Shown one piece after another: positions 63,380 through 64,000 of a DNA stretch of 64,000 nt (within the stretch, counting starts at the first letter, position 1; the number at the start of each line of letters is the position of its first letter). The notes under the pieces are model-generated. The model had not been told where the DNA came from and did not search any database. It saw nothing but the letters and a program-made list of their open reading frames with translations. Made by a program: the position numbers and the translations under genes. The DNA lies in NCBI GenBank assembly GCA_028534125.1, contig CM052816.1, positions 16,556,001 to 16,620,000 of the forward strand. Direction: 5' to 3'. The stretch is from Lama glama. Taxonomy: Eukaryota.

Positions 63380-63610
63380 ATAGAGCATGTGGGATAAGGA
63401 TGGGAGTTTGGAGTCAAAACCCAAATTTAAGTTCTGCCCTGATACTTACTACCTACATGACCTTAATTAAGCTATTTAACTTCTCTATGTCTTAGGTGTA
63501 AAGTAACAGTATCTCCCTGGTTGGAATGACCAAATGAGAACTGTATGTAAAGCATTTACTGCAGTGCTTGATGCATAAGGAGCACCCAATAAACATCAGA
63601 AGTTATTATG
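63380..63610 (+). mobile_element. MIR
   Basis: tttggagtcaaaac...atttaacttctctatgtctta...tatgtaaagcattta...caataaac. Confidence 0.75.
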
Positions 63611-64000
63611 ATCATATATGAGTAAACACCAATAAGTCAGAAAAACTTTTCAAACCCATTATAGGCTTTTAAATAAAGAAATACAGCCTTATTTTTTTTT
63701 TAAAGTTTTGCCTCTAGGAGTTGCTTTAATGAATTGCTAGAAAGGAGTGATTTATAAGTACCATATTGTTGGAATGCAAATAGATACTTCAAAGAGGTGA
63801 AAACTTGTTTTCTTGAGTGGGATAAACATTCCCCTTGGGATCTTGTTTACAAACTCAAATAATTTGTGAGCGAACAGTACTAAAATGTACTGCAGCCCTT
63901 ATTTAGGTGAAATGGTAACAGAACTGTATTCCTGAGCTTTTTGAGTAAATGAGGTTTTTACCCTTTCGAAAAGGAACCATTACTCAAATGAAATGCCCTA

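Noticed and set aside
1..64000. CRISPR arrays, operons, tRNA/rRNA genes
   Set aside because: The sequence is mammalian. No regularly spaced repeats or structured RNA gene signatures were seen.

Overview
Mammalian genomic DNA with no recognisable protein-coding exon, RNA gene, CpG island or CRISPR array. It reads as an intergenic or deep-intronic interval. Much of it is ancient eutherian repeat (L2, MIR, MaLR/ERVL LTRs, L1M, hAT DNA transposons), with repeat-free, homeobox-motif-rich islands between that resemble conserved non-coding enhancers. The young L1 3' ends are of cetartiodactyl type, and I see no ruminant, pig, primate or carnivore SINEs, so the source is probably a camelid (inference). 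Best-supported items: (1) a 3.0-kb TSD-bounded retroelement (48337-51340) with an L1 5'UTR and ORF1 but a mosaic tail in place of ORF2, i.e. a HAL1/half-L1-like or transduction-derived chimera; (2) a 5'-truncated processed pseudogene of RCN1 (14711-15278, minus) with a 15-bp TSD; (3) a 62-bp micro-L1 insertion with a 17-bp TSD; (4) an MLT2 solo LTR carrying an internal inverted copy of its own 5' end. Repeat family names come from recalled consensus similarity, not a search, and boundaries without TSDs are approximate.
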